From NCBI GenBank assembly GCA_044892525.1, contig CM097886.1:158968001-159032000 (forward strand): 64,000 bases of DNA, given 5' to 3'. A program made the translations under genes and the position numbers. Positions 10,201 to 21,491 of this stretch are shown in pieces (the first letter of the stretch is position 1; every line of letters starts with the position of its first letter). The notes below the pieces were generated by a model. It saw only the letters and a program-made list of their open reading frames with translations, had not been told where the DNA came from and searched no databases. Source of the stretch: Schmidtea polychroa. Lineage: Eukaryota.

Positions 10201-11602
10201 GTTTATAGATTCAAAGTCACCATAAAGAACTCCAACTGTTTGTAGTAAATTTGAAAAGTTTTTAAAATACATCTTGGGATTATTAGGCATTTTAATTAAA
10301 GCTGGATCATCTTTTTCACAAAATCTTGTATGTTTAATCATAGAGTTTTTAGTTGTTGAATAATGAAGACATCTTTTACATGTTCCTCCTCCACTAGTTG
10401 GATTCTCTGGAGATGTAAAAGCTTGAAAGTTTTTTTATTAAAACATAATGTTGATTATTTTGTTGTTCCAAGATTAAAAGATATATCTCGTTGTCCTGTG
10501 CTCCGTTATCCTTGGTTCCACTATCTGAAATATAAATTGGAATAATTTCTTTCCCTATAACATGTTCATAAATATTAAGTTTAAGATTATTTAATTTTTC
10601 AAATTCTGGAATGTCTTCTAGTTTCATTGGGTGTTTGAATCCTTTGGGAAATATTAATTCATTTTCATATTGTTTGTATTTTGAAACTCTTTGGGGATTT
10701 GTTGCTTGAGGATGTAAATGTGCAAGTATTGACCAGATGAAACATTTGTTATCATTATTCTGTACATTTATAACATTTTTAGATTTAAAGGGTGTAGGAA
10801 TATAAGATTTAGGATTGGGTGGTAATCCTCTCCAATAATCAATCACTAAAGTTTGGAAAGAGTTGAATACTAAGTTTGAATCTCCTAATTCATTTTCTAC
10901 TTCCTCTTGTTTTGCTTCTGCTGCTTTAATTATTTCTTTGATGGTTTTATCAAATCCTTTAATTGAAAATAAATATTTAAAAGGTATTCCAATTTCAACA
11001 TCTAAGGGTGTTGTCTTTTCTTCTGCTCCTCGCCAGTATTTTGCTTTGATTATAATTTTATATTTTATAACATTATACCTTGTCGGTTTATAATTTTTTA
11101 AAGCTTCAGTGAAAGAATTTTTAATATTTTTTTTATTTTTATTTATATATTCTCCAGGAGTTGCAGGCCCATTAATTTTTAATTGAAATTCATCTATATG
11201 ATTAAAATTATCCCAGTTATATTTTTCTCTTTCAACATGATCAGGCTCTCCTTCTGAATGACATTCCTCATCGTCAGAATTTTGTTTTTTATTTTTACAT
11301 TCTTTTATATGTTCTAAATAATAGAAATTTAGTTTTGTTGAAAAGTTACAATGAGGACATGTAAATATTTCTCTATTTTTCCCGATACAATTTTCAAAAT
11401 GTTTATTATATCCAGAATGTAGAAATCTTCCTTTACATTTAAGACAAAGTTTTGAATTTGTATCATTAAGATTATTTTCTTTTAATAAATGAGCTTTCGA
11501 TTTTAAGTGAGAAATTAATCCAGTTTTATTTTTAAAAACTTTATTGCAAATATTACAATTCATTTTTAGAAAAAAATTTTTTATTGGATACCCTGTTTTC
11601 AT
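7282..11602 (-). CDS. Protein-primed DNA polymerase B (pPolB), split by a single +1 frameshift near 10417-10436
   Basis: Exo I GDFES, Exo II FHNLFGYD, Exo III YLSLDV; polymerase motifs YIDATALY, KILNNSVFGK, MDTDS. ORF 10394-11602 carries the pPolB N-terminal SYIPTP...INVQNNDNKCFIWSILAHLHP...HYVLIK block. The downstream frame continues ...GTCKRCLHYSTTKNSMIKHTRFC. Confidence 0.93.
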
Positions 11603-11669
11603 TTTATTTTTTAAGATTTATATTATTCATTTTTTATAATAAAAATTTAAAAAATGACAAAAAACCCAA

Positions 11670-11752
11670 ACCTTGATGGCGCAGTGGGCTAGACTGACAC
11701 AGTGGTTCAAAATGCTAGCGGTTCAAATCACATCTGAGGTTAGTTTTTTTTT
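11670..11752 (+). ncRNA. tRNA-like (tRNA-Trp-resembling) Pol III small RNA gene, copy 1
   Basis: A-box TGGCGCAGTGG 11677-11687, B-box GGTTCAAATC 11720-11729, 72-nt body with acceptor-like stem ACCTTG/TGAGGT, T9 terminator 11744-11752. D- and T-stems do not pair, so it is not a canonical tRNA. Confidence 0.7.
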
Positions 11753-11904
11753 CAACATAAAAAATAATATTAAAAATTTGAAAATAATATTGAAAATAGT
11801 GTGGGTATCTTATATTTATAAAGTACTTGTATATTTTATTTTATTTATTTTATTTTATTTTATTTTTTTATAAATTAAAAATTTAAAAAATGACAAAAAT
11901 TCAA

Positions 11905-11987
11905 ACCTTGATGGCGCAGTGGGAATAGACCGGCACCGTGGTTCAAATGGATAGCGGTTCAAATCACATCTGAGGTTATTTTTTTTT
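11905..11987 (+). ncRNA. tRNA-like (tRNA-Trp-resembling) Pol III small RNA gene, copy 2
   Basis: A-box 11912-11922, B-box 11956-11965, 73-nt body, T9 terminator 11979-11987. Confidence 0.7.
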
Positions 11988-12151
11988 CAACATAAAATAA
12001 TATTAAAAATTTGAAAATAATATTGAAAATAGTGTGGGTATCTTATATTTATAAAGTACTTGTATATTTTATTTTATTTATTTTATTTTATTTTATTTTT
12101 TTATTAATTTAATTATTTTTTAAACATAAATATGAAAAAAAAAATATTGAA

Positions 12152-12523
12152 ACGGGTGATGGTGGCGAACCGGTAATTATCGCCACCTGTCTTTCGAACA
12201 CCCCCGGATCGATTCTTTAATGTGCACATTTATTTCTCAGTTGTTTTCGGACCTCTTTCGAATTCGCTTTCGAATTCATTTGTACTTTCGAGCAGCACAC
12301 TTAAAACGCCGATGAAATCGTATTCGAGCGAGAAGCGAATAATAAGGTGTGCTGCTATTATCGGATTGATTCTGATGTATGAGTCTGGCCAGCTTGTATA
12401 TTGGAAGAGATTCGATAAACGAAAGAGGTTGATAAATAAAAAAAATGATCCGGATCAAAAAAAACTGTTGAGGGGACAGTGAAAAAAAAAAAAAAAATAC
12501 CACTGTCCCCTCAGAGCAGTTTT
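12152..12523. other. GC-rich nested inverted-repeat (hairpin-forming) region, probably within the Polinton TIR
   Basis: Perfect complementary pairs: 12161-12168/12180-12187, 12204-12210/12447-12453, 12251-12260/12420-12429, 12291-12300/12347-12356, 12321-12326/12336-12341 and 12469-12481/12501-12513. Also a 12-bp palindrome at 12219-12230. Confidence 0.85.
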
Positions 12524-12807
12524 ACTATTTTTCATTTATTTTTTAATTTATATAATTTAAAATCAATAATCTGATAAAGATCAAATAGCCCTCTAACTTT
12601 TTCATAATGCCATTTTCTTTTCTATTCTCTTTTTAGTTTGAAGCTTTTGAGTTTGAGGCTTTAAAGATTAAAACAGTTAGAGTCATTAAGGGTGGTTGTT
12701 TTCAAAATATAGGGTTAAAATACTATAAAAGTATAAGTTTTAGGTTGTTTTTCTAATAGCTTAAGTGATTTGGAGGCATGTTTTTGTTGGGGGGCTGTTT
12801 TGGTTGG

Positions 12808-12831
12808 GTATATAACCACACTACTTTCGTG
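12808..12831. repeat. Polinton right terminus (...GTATATAACCACACTACT, ends 12825) and probable 6-bp TSD TTCGTG (12826-12831)
   Basis: AGTAGT terminus on the minus strand; flanking sequence matches the uninterrupted repeat GCC(G/A)AAAATTCGTGAGTATC seen at 39.8 kb and 50.65 kb. The left TSD copy cannot be seen in this window. Confidence 0.8.
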
Positions 12832-12945
12832 AGTATCAACAAATATCGATAAATTACTGATTTATAGTCTTCAAACTTTTTTTTTAATAAATTGAATGGA
12901 AAAAATAGTCAGTAGTGAAATTCAAAGAAATAAAATATAATTTTA
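12826..12945 (+). repeat. Penelope-like element pLTR/3' fragment interrupted by the Polinton
   Basis: TTCGTGAGTATCAAC...ACTGATTTATAGTCTTCAAAC...CAGTAGTGAAATT aligns with 50658-50765 (+) and 39712-39783 (-). Confidence 0.8.
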
Positions 12946-15900
12946 AAGTACGACAAAAATTATAAACATCTTTAAAATTAGAAATTAATTTAAGACAGTA
13001 GTAATTTTGAAAATTTTCATATAAATAATTCTTAAAATTTATTGCTTTAAACACGATCATAAGTTTTTGATACCCTCTTATCAGTTGTACCTCGTTTAAT
13101 TGTGCATCACAATAAATAATAAAAATTGAATATACGTCAATATTGAAAAATATCATAAAATTGGTGGGTAAATAAGATCCTTAATTGTGTAGAACAAACA
13201 TTTCAGAAGACCTAATTTAAAAGTGTGCTTCTTAATTTGTGAAATATTTACTTTTATTTTTGTGCTCTTCTAATGACATTTGTTTTCATTGTCAAAACAC
13301 AAATTTGTTTATCCGATTAAAATGATTTATAACCATAACAATTATAATTTTTTCATTTATTTGTCTTTTAATATTACAGGAGCTTCCTTTAAATAAAAAT
13401 TGTTTGTCATTTACTTATTTTATTAATCACTCATTTAATTCGAGCGTTTAACCTCGAAATTTATTAATTATTTTATTTATTTTAACTAATTAATTTTTAA
13501 TTAAATTTTATGCAAACTTATTTAAATATAATTTCAAGTTTAAATAAAGATTATATTATTTTCTTTCTACTTTTTAGGAAAATTGACAGAATTTTTGTTT
13601 GTTTGTAAAATTACTGAAAATTTGTTTATTAATTTAAAATAAAAATGTATAATAAAATTAATTTTTTGTTATAAGATAAGGTTGTCATTACTTTTACATA
13701 ATTCTTTTCAAACACCCGTATAAATTATCCAATGGTTTGCAAGAACGTCCTTTAGTTAAAATAAATAACTTCCTCAGCAAATTGCATTATCTGAAACTCG
13801 ATCTAACTTTCTGGATTTAATCCTTTAGATCAGTGTTTCACACGGTGAGGTATCACGCTTCAGAGGTGGGACACATCAGCAATTATCAACTATTCCACAT
13901 ATATATTTTTTAATATAAGCTGCTCATTCACGACTAAATATAGCAGCGTGCATACAGCAATTTCATCTACAGTTATTGTTGCATACTGACAATACTGATT
14001 ATCGAAGTTGAATTATTAACAAATACCCAGGGACAAAATATCTNNNNNNNNNNNNNNNNNNNNNNNNNNNNNNNNNNNNNNNNNNNNNNNNNNNNNNNNN
14101 NNNNNNNNNNNNNNNNNNNNNNNNNNNNNNNNNNNNNNNNNNNNNNNNNNNNNNNNNNNNNNNNNNNNNNNNNNNNNNNNNNNNNNNNNNNNNTATTTAT
14201 ATGTTTTTTGTATATTTTAATTGTTAAATTAATAAATATTTTTATTATCTACAACAGTTAACCAAACTAAAAAATATATTAAGTTTTATTGATACCACAT
14301 AATGGCAATTAAAATTAACAAATACCAAAAATAAATAATCTTTTATATTTACATCACTTACAGTGAAATCTGTTCTACACGAATGTATTTTCTCATGTCA
14401 CAGCCTAACATTAGTATATTAAATACTGTATATTAAAATCCGTTTAACACAAACTCGGTTAACGTGAATATGTTTTGTAGGGCCCTTGGATTTTGTATTA
14501 AGCAAGTTTCAATATTGACAAAATTTGGTAAAAAATCACTTTTGTCTGTAATTTGAGAATTTGTATTTATAATATTAATAGCGTCAACAATGTTAACAAT
14601 AATAAATAATAACTCCTAAACATACAAATCATGTTGATAGCAACAATGCCACCTTCCAGGTGTAAACCATTCCATTAACAATCACAAAAATATTACCAAT
14701 AGCAATTGACCACAAAAATAATAAAATTTCATATACAAAATTTTACTTTATTATCAGATTTTTTAAATATTCATTGTTGTATAAAGTGAAAATATTTTAT
14801 ACTAAGAATAGATAAAAAGGCGAAAAATAACAGTCGGTTTCAATTTTATATAAAATAATTCATCAAGTTTCCAATCGTCACTTCATTCCTCTTTTCACTG
14901 ATTCAATTTCTGAGTTTATATTATGAAATCATTTTTTGTTTATTTCCCCCTTTTGTGTACTAATTGGTTTTTCCTTCAAGAATTAGTATACCTATAGATG
15001 TTACATTTGAAAATTAATATAATTGTAAATATACATTTGTGTAGATTTAGGTATTGAAATACTTTATTGTCATAACCAATTTGTTTGAATCATACATTGA
15101 GTGATGGACAGTACCATATTGTGGATTTAATAAAAAAATATTTTGATTTCACAAACAATTAATTTTAAATTTTATGTTAACAAAATATTATAAATTTTTA
15201 TTTTTAATATTCTGATTTCTGATTTCTTTTTTTTTGATATTTTTATTTATTTAATACGAATTTTTGATATTGTCTTTTTCATGTGTTACAAAATGTTTTG
15301 AAAATTTGTGTCAAATAAATAAAAATTTTAATCTATTATTCTAAAAGAAATGCGGGTAAAAAAACGTTAAAATATGTGATCATTAATAAAATAAAATTAT
15401 AAACTTTTTATAATTTATTTACTTGCACTGGTAATTAACTGATATGAGTGCTTGACAAATCCTTGTTGATAAAACTACCAATTTAGCAAATAACGCATAA
15501 CGTGCATAAAACATCACACTTGCAAGTGGTTAAAGAAAAAGCCTTTTACACAAAAGAATTTTTACAAGTTCTAATTTTTCATTAAATAAAATATTTTTTA
15601 GCTAAATTTTGTATTCTTAAATATAATAAATGATCAAATTTAATATAAATATTATATAATTTTATTTGAGTCTTATTATTGTGTAATGCAATTAGAAAAT
15701 CTGAAATTCTAATTCAATAAAACATCAACTTTTGATTGAAAATAAACATTAATCAAGAATAAAAAATATGAATAATAATTCCCAAAGACATGTGGCTATC
15801 ACTTAGAAAACTAAAAACATTTTTTATTTTCCGAATCACAATAAAACTGAAAATAACTTTTAATTCAACTCCAAATGGCAGAACAGTAAAATCATTATTA

Positions 15901-18299
15901 TTCATAAAATTATGGTAGAAAACACAAGTAGAAATGTCAATCACTCTTAAATATCCATTAAAATATTTTATTTTTATAGTTTTCTTTAATGTAATTTTAT
16001 AATTTTTATTTTTAATAATTTTGAATTTAAATTCAATATTTTAAAAAATATAAATTTTTTCAAAATAAAAGCTATAATAATCTATAATAATAAATGGAAT
16101 ATTAAAAAGATTACATAAATGTTATCCTTAGTCGTAATTATAATTAAAGACAAATGACATTTTAATTGAATAAAAACATATTTTTAATTGTAGTTTTCAA
16201 ATAATTTCAGAAATTTGTTTTCTTAATATATATTAAAATAGGAAATAAAATACATACGTATGATATATTAATTTAAATTTTTTTAATTTAGATATTTTTT
16301 AATTTTTTAAAGAATTTGTGTTAAAAAATGTATATTTAAATTATGATAAATTTTCCAAAAATCAGTTTGCATTTATAATTATATTTTTATTGAAATTATT
16401 TAGAAAATTTTAATTTTATCAAATCCAACTCAAATTAAAAAAAACTTGTTAAAATTTTATTGCTTAAAATTATTTTATTTAAAATTCAAAATGATATCCC
16501 ACAACGATGATTACGAAAATTCCAGTCGTGTCACGAAATAAAAGGAAAATTTGGTCTACTTCAAAAAACTTTAGTTCATATAGTAAGATGTATTTTTATA
16601 AAAAATATTTGATACTAAATGATAAAATATAATACTTCAGCCAAATTGGCATAAATTTTACTCGTTCTGTTGTATGACTTGAAGTCGTCTTTCTTTATTG
16701 TAGTACTATTTGATAGATTCAGAGAGAGAGAGAGATAAGAAATTATGACAAATAGCCCAATCTCACATAATGAAAAAAGTGAAAAGGGTTTCCTTCCTTT
16801 AATTATTTGAAAAAACGTTTTTAAATGTAACAAAATTAATTTTATTTATTTATTTAATTCATCAAAGAACAAAGGCAAAGTTTTAATAATTGGAAATCAC
16901 CAACTAAGTATATCAAAATATAACATTGCCACAATTTTCTTCATGCTAGAAATCGTATGAATAACAACTAAATGAAAATAAGAATATTCAAAAAAATTAA
17001 CAAATAATAATCGTAATCAAATGGTATCAATGTCGTTTCAATTCTTATTTTTTATTTTATTGCTTATTTTCTAAAGTTTTTCCTGCTCTTTGATAATTGT
17101 TTTAATTTTAAATAATTTCTCAACAGTTAGTGTCTAAACTAATCGAAAAATACCCCCAGGGTCCGTCGATCTTGTACAAAATGTAAATAAATAATCTAAA
17201 TCTGTAATTGTCAAAATGTTGAGTTTTATAAACTAGCTTCATTTGCGTTCTATAAAATCAAACTAGGTGGCCATTTTTTCGATATTTTTAGTAAACTGAA
17301 TTTGTTTTCTGTGAAGAACAATCACTTTTTAAAAGATATTTCGGAAGCAATGAAAACACTTTTCAATTCAAAATTCAAAACGCCTTCAATTCGCAGAAAA
17401 TTGTCTTTCCTTGCTCCATAATATACAAAAACGAATCAAATTTACATTAATATTAATTATTATGATTTTAAATATTTTCCAAATATGTCAAATTTGGGAT
17501 AAAAATTTAATTAAATTAAAATAAAGTTGAAGAATTAATTTTTTACATATTTATCAACAATCAGATTTAACTCATTTTTGCAAAAATCTGGATTAGGCTC
17601 CCGATTTTCATTTCATCTAAAACTAAAGAAGGACATGATTATACAAAGTCTTCAGTTTAAAGAATATTTGGAGACAAATTTGACAACTTGTTTTGAAAAT
17701 TCTATATTTTAAATAAATATTTGACGTCTTTTCCATATTATCAAAGAGAATTTGTCACGAATCTTCTGTGATAAAAAAAGAAAAAAGATCAAATAATAAT
17801 TGAAAGAGTTGGAGAATAATTAGTAATATTTTCAAAGGGGAATTTTATCGTTTTAAATCTTGGCCATTTTTTTGATTTTAAAATGGGAAAAGTAAAACTC
17901 AATTTGACTAAATTTTGTTTTAACTATCAATTAGCTTACTATTTTTGATAGATGAATTTAATTTTTTTTTCTTAGTGGTGAAAAATTAATGGCTATAATT
18001 TGCAGCTTTCTTAAATTTATGTAAAATAAAAATGAAAATTTAAGCAGAAAATATTAATTTTTTTATTAAAATTAATTTAATAATACATATTTTTAGAACT
18101 CAATAAAATTTATAATATATATAATATTTTAATAAAATTGAATTTTAGAAAATAATTTTTTTACAGTAATTATTTAATATTAAACTGTTTTTTAAGCAGT
18201 CTGAAAATTTATTTAAAAGATATCCTTGAGACAATTGTGGAAAAATTTAAGCTATTTCTGTGATAAAAATGTTGAATACTGAAAAGAAATTTCCTCATT

Positions 18300-18780
18300 A
18301 TTAATTAAAAGAGTGAATTAATAAATTTTTATTTTATACAAATCAAAAGCAAAAATAAAAACAAATTTTATATGAACTTAGCCCAAATGTTTTGTTTTAA
18401 TACATTCACACGTATCTTGAATGTACAATACTTGGTCATTTTCCAAAGTTCTTGAGGTGTATTAGGGTAGAAATGGTAGATTGCTAAGGAAATTTAAATG
18501 ATCTAAAGATTTTAATAAAATCAACTCTAGAAAATTCAAGTAAATGGAAATTTTCAAAAAAATATTTTAAGAAAAAGGTTATTTTTATTTCAAGGAAAGT
18601 ATAACCCCATTTATACGACAACATTTTATAAGAAGAATTCAGAGATCCAGAAGGTGAAGATATGTTGATTTCAGCTAGACAAATTGAAATTGTGCAGGAA
18701 TGAGCTCACTGAGAAAATCAAAGTTCTCTACTAAATAATGTCACGCGATTAGATTTTCCATAATTAGTTAATTGACATAG
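18300..18780 (-). pseudogene. Degenerate pogo/Tigger-like transposase remnant
   Basis: Minus strand gives FLP*YTSRTLENDQV, resembling FLPPNTTS..QP.DQG, and SYKMLSYK, resembling LFYKMLP.K; many stops. Confidence 0.35.
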
Positions 18781-18878
18781 AAGGTATCAGGAAAAAAGGT
18801 CTTAAATATCATAAAAATTAATGTATTTAATGATTAATTTTTTTTTAAATAGATTATAATTAAAAAAAAATATATATA

Positions 18879-21491
18879 TAGGGTTGTCAAGTGTTAATCA
18901 TAAAAAAAGAGAACATTATAAAAATTATTTTATTCATATTAATTTTTTTTTAAATTGTAATATATACTAAAACAAATTGCACTTCCAATTCATTTGCAAA
19001 TAAAAAAATAAGTCAATATAATTTAATCATCTTCATCCTCTTCTTCAGCATCTTTTTCATTATATTTATCTACACTGCTAATTTGGTTTAAATGTTTTCC
19101 ATTTTCTTTGATTTCTTGATAAAATTTAGTGCATGTAATATCTTTATAATTATACACGACGCTCAAAATACCTCGAACAGTTGAAATTTTCAATTTATTT
19201 CTTTCCTTAGTCCACTGTCCGCTGATCATTGAAAATATTCTTTCGACATTGGAATTTTGACCAGGTATTGCAAAAAAAATTCGCAAATTTTCAAAAATTC
19301 GGAATGATATTCGACAGTATTTTCTTTAAAATATTCTTTCCATTTCAAGCAGGAAATCAAATTTTTAAAATTTTAAACATTAAGATTTTTTTCAACAAAT
19401 ATTTTTAAATTACAAAACTGATCAAAACATTTTGCATCATCTACAATAATATTTTTGGTGGCAAGAAATATTATTGATTTTTCAACTTCATCCCATGTTG
19501 GAAGCCTATCCAATTTCATCCAAACAAAGTTATTTAGATTTGATAATTGATTAGTCCACAATTGTAAATATTCTAATGATTTTTTATAGCAATTCATGCA
19601 ATTTAAATTGAATTTATTTATTTCACTGTGCAATTCCTTTTCTTCAATTTCAGATAAAATAGATTTCACTTTGATTGGTAAAAATGATTCGCTATATCTA
19701 TGTCTCAATGTTTCTGTCAATGAGTTTATTGTAGCCATTACTTCAAGCACAGAATTTTGCTCAGCTTCAATTTCTAAAGTTTTTCCATGAAACACATGCA
19801 TTAGTGAACTTGCAAATTCTAAATAAGCTTTGCTAAAATCGTTTTCAAAAAACAATTTTAAAATATGTGGAGAGTTGTCGAGTGATAAAAAATATGCTTT
19901 TAAAGCAGAATAAACTTCCAGAACCCTCTTAACAGCAGGATAAAGTGATAACCAACGCGTTTTTGAGTGTTTTAATAACGATTTATACTGAATGTCTACA
20001 AATTCGCAGAAACTTTTCAACGATTTAGTCCTTATGGTGTAAATAGAAAAATAGTTATACAGTTTTACAATTATTGATTCTAAGTCTATTGTCATTAAAT
20101 CAAATCCATGCTGCGCGGAATTATGAACAATATGAGATGGACAACCAATGCCTATCAAATCCTTTTGAAATTTAATTTTTAAATGGCTGTAAACATTATT
20201 CTTCCCAGTTCGTCTCAATCCTCCAAAATTGGTATTGCAGTTATCTGCAGAAAATGCAATACATTTGTCTACAATATTGTATTTTTTTAAACATGTATGT
20301 AAATGTTCACTTATTGTTTCTGATGTTTCGTTTGGCAAAGAATATAAATCGATCATTTTTGTTAATATGCCACTATTTTTTTCAAAAAACTGAATTACGA
20401 CTGGAAACATTTTAATTGCACCATGATTACTACCATCAGTTGAAACTGATAAGAATGATATTTGTGATAATGAATGCATTATATTTTCTATACAATATGG
20501 AGCAATGACGTTATTGGCGATTCATTTTGTTTTTGTCTTTCCAGATGAAATCCGTTTAGCTACTTCTGAATCATCAAACATTTTTGCCAGCAGTTTGTTT
20601 GTACAAACGGTGGAGTTATAACTATAATGATGCTTTAATGTGTGAAAAGCTAAAGTTCCTTCAACAGCTGATACTTTGTGATCCAGAGCTGAAATTTATT
20701 TTGTAAAAATATCACATACGGATTTAGAACTAGCTCCTATACGAATGGTCTGTGTATGTTTATTTGAAGCTACATGCTGTTCCAAATCGTATTTTCCTTC
20801 GTTTGCGACCGAAACGGTTGTGTTGCACACCGTGCAAATTGCCTCCGACTTCGAATTCGGTGTTGGTTTAAAACATTTAAATTTAGCTCATAGTTCTTCA
20901 CTAAATAAGCACTTTCGCTTACTCATTTTGGAGCTAAGAATTAAAAAATCAAATAATATATCACTATCATGTAATTGTAAGTAATAGCTTTTTTACTTAC
21001 ATGTTTATTTTCACAGAAAATTAATAAAGTCAATTGCTATTGCAACTGAAAATATAGTCAGAAATTCCGAATACGACTGATAAAAGTTTTTTGTTTATTT
21101 TATTAAATAAATTACCAATTAAACGCGATGTCTGAAACAGAATAATTTATCGATATGTAACATATTGTTTTGTCAGGGTGAAAAGTGATAAATTATTCAT
21201 GGATTGCTAAGCTTTCTTTTGTGCACGTATTTAAATTTAGGACATAAAACTGCATGTGTGCAAAGTATTTATGTGAAACAAATTTTTAGGCGCTCAAAGG
21301 TTTTATGCGCCTAAAAATATGCTAAAAATTCATATACCAAAAAAATTACTAGTTAATTAAGCAAATATTATAATTAAAATTTGGCGAAATAAAAAAAGAG
21401 AACAATTTTGAATATATGTAAAAAAGATAGAGAACAAAAGAATTATGTTTAAAAAGAGAACATGTTCTCTTTAAAAGAGACCTGTTGGCAA

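Larger units (their letters stand above)
11638..12110 (+). repeat. Two-copy tandem repeat, period about 235 bp, each copy containing a tRNA-like gene
   Basis: A-boxes at 11677 and 11912 (235 bp apart); the AT-rich spacers are nearly identical between copies. Confidence 0.95.
1..12825. mobile_element. Polinton/Maverick (adintovirus-like) endogenous dsDNA virus, right part; left part and left TIR lie outside the window
   Basis: Compact, intron-less cluster with all hallmark genes (pPolB, rve integrase, A32-like ATPase, adenain-like protease, major and minor capsid). It ends ...CCACACTACT, i.e. 5'-AGTAGT on the minus strand, the canonical Polinton terminus. Similarity to a host repeat resumes exactly at 12826. 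Confidence 0.95.

Noticed and set aside
1418-11093. Small overlapping or antisense ORFs within Polinton genes (e.g. 1418-1777, 4043-4348, 5580-5900, 7817-8032, 10863-11093)
   Set aside because: Shadows of the real genes with no recognisable motifs.
11670-11977. Functional tRNA genes, or frameshift-suppressor tRNAs rescuing the pPolB +1 frameshift
   Set aside because: The D-, anticodon- and T-stems do not pair canonically, and the central loop sequence does not match the A/U-run slippery codons.
11638-12110. CRISPR-like array
   Set aside because: Only two 235-bp units in a eukaryotic viral context; no repeat-spacer architecture or cas genes.
12190-12211. TTCGAACACCCCCGGATC resembles the adenovirus VA RNAI B-box region (recalled as GTTCGAACCCCGGATCC)
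   Set aside because: Short match with an imperfect B-box, tight spacing to the candidate A-box, and a TTTT run soon after; may be coincidence.
12300-12345. Possible hammerhead core (CCGATGA...GAAG)
   Set aside because: Core nucleotides and stem II/III geometry do not fit.
12222-12503. ORFs of 86 and 75 aa in the hairpin region
   Set aside because: No motifs, low complexity, run through homopolymers; the region is better explained as structural.
13700-14520. Scattered TIR-like starts (CAGTGTTTCAC, TACAGTGAAATC, CTTTTCAAACACCCGTA); similar ones at 36520-36720, 51743, 58403 and 60440
   Set aside because: No matching partner TIR or TSD could be confirmed.
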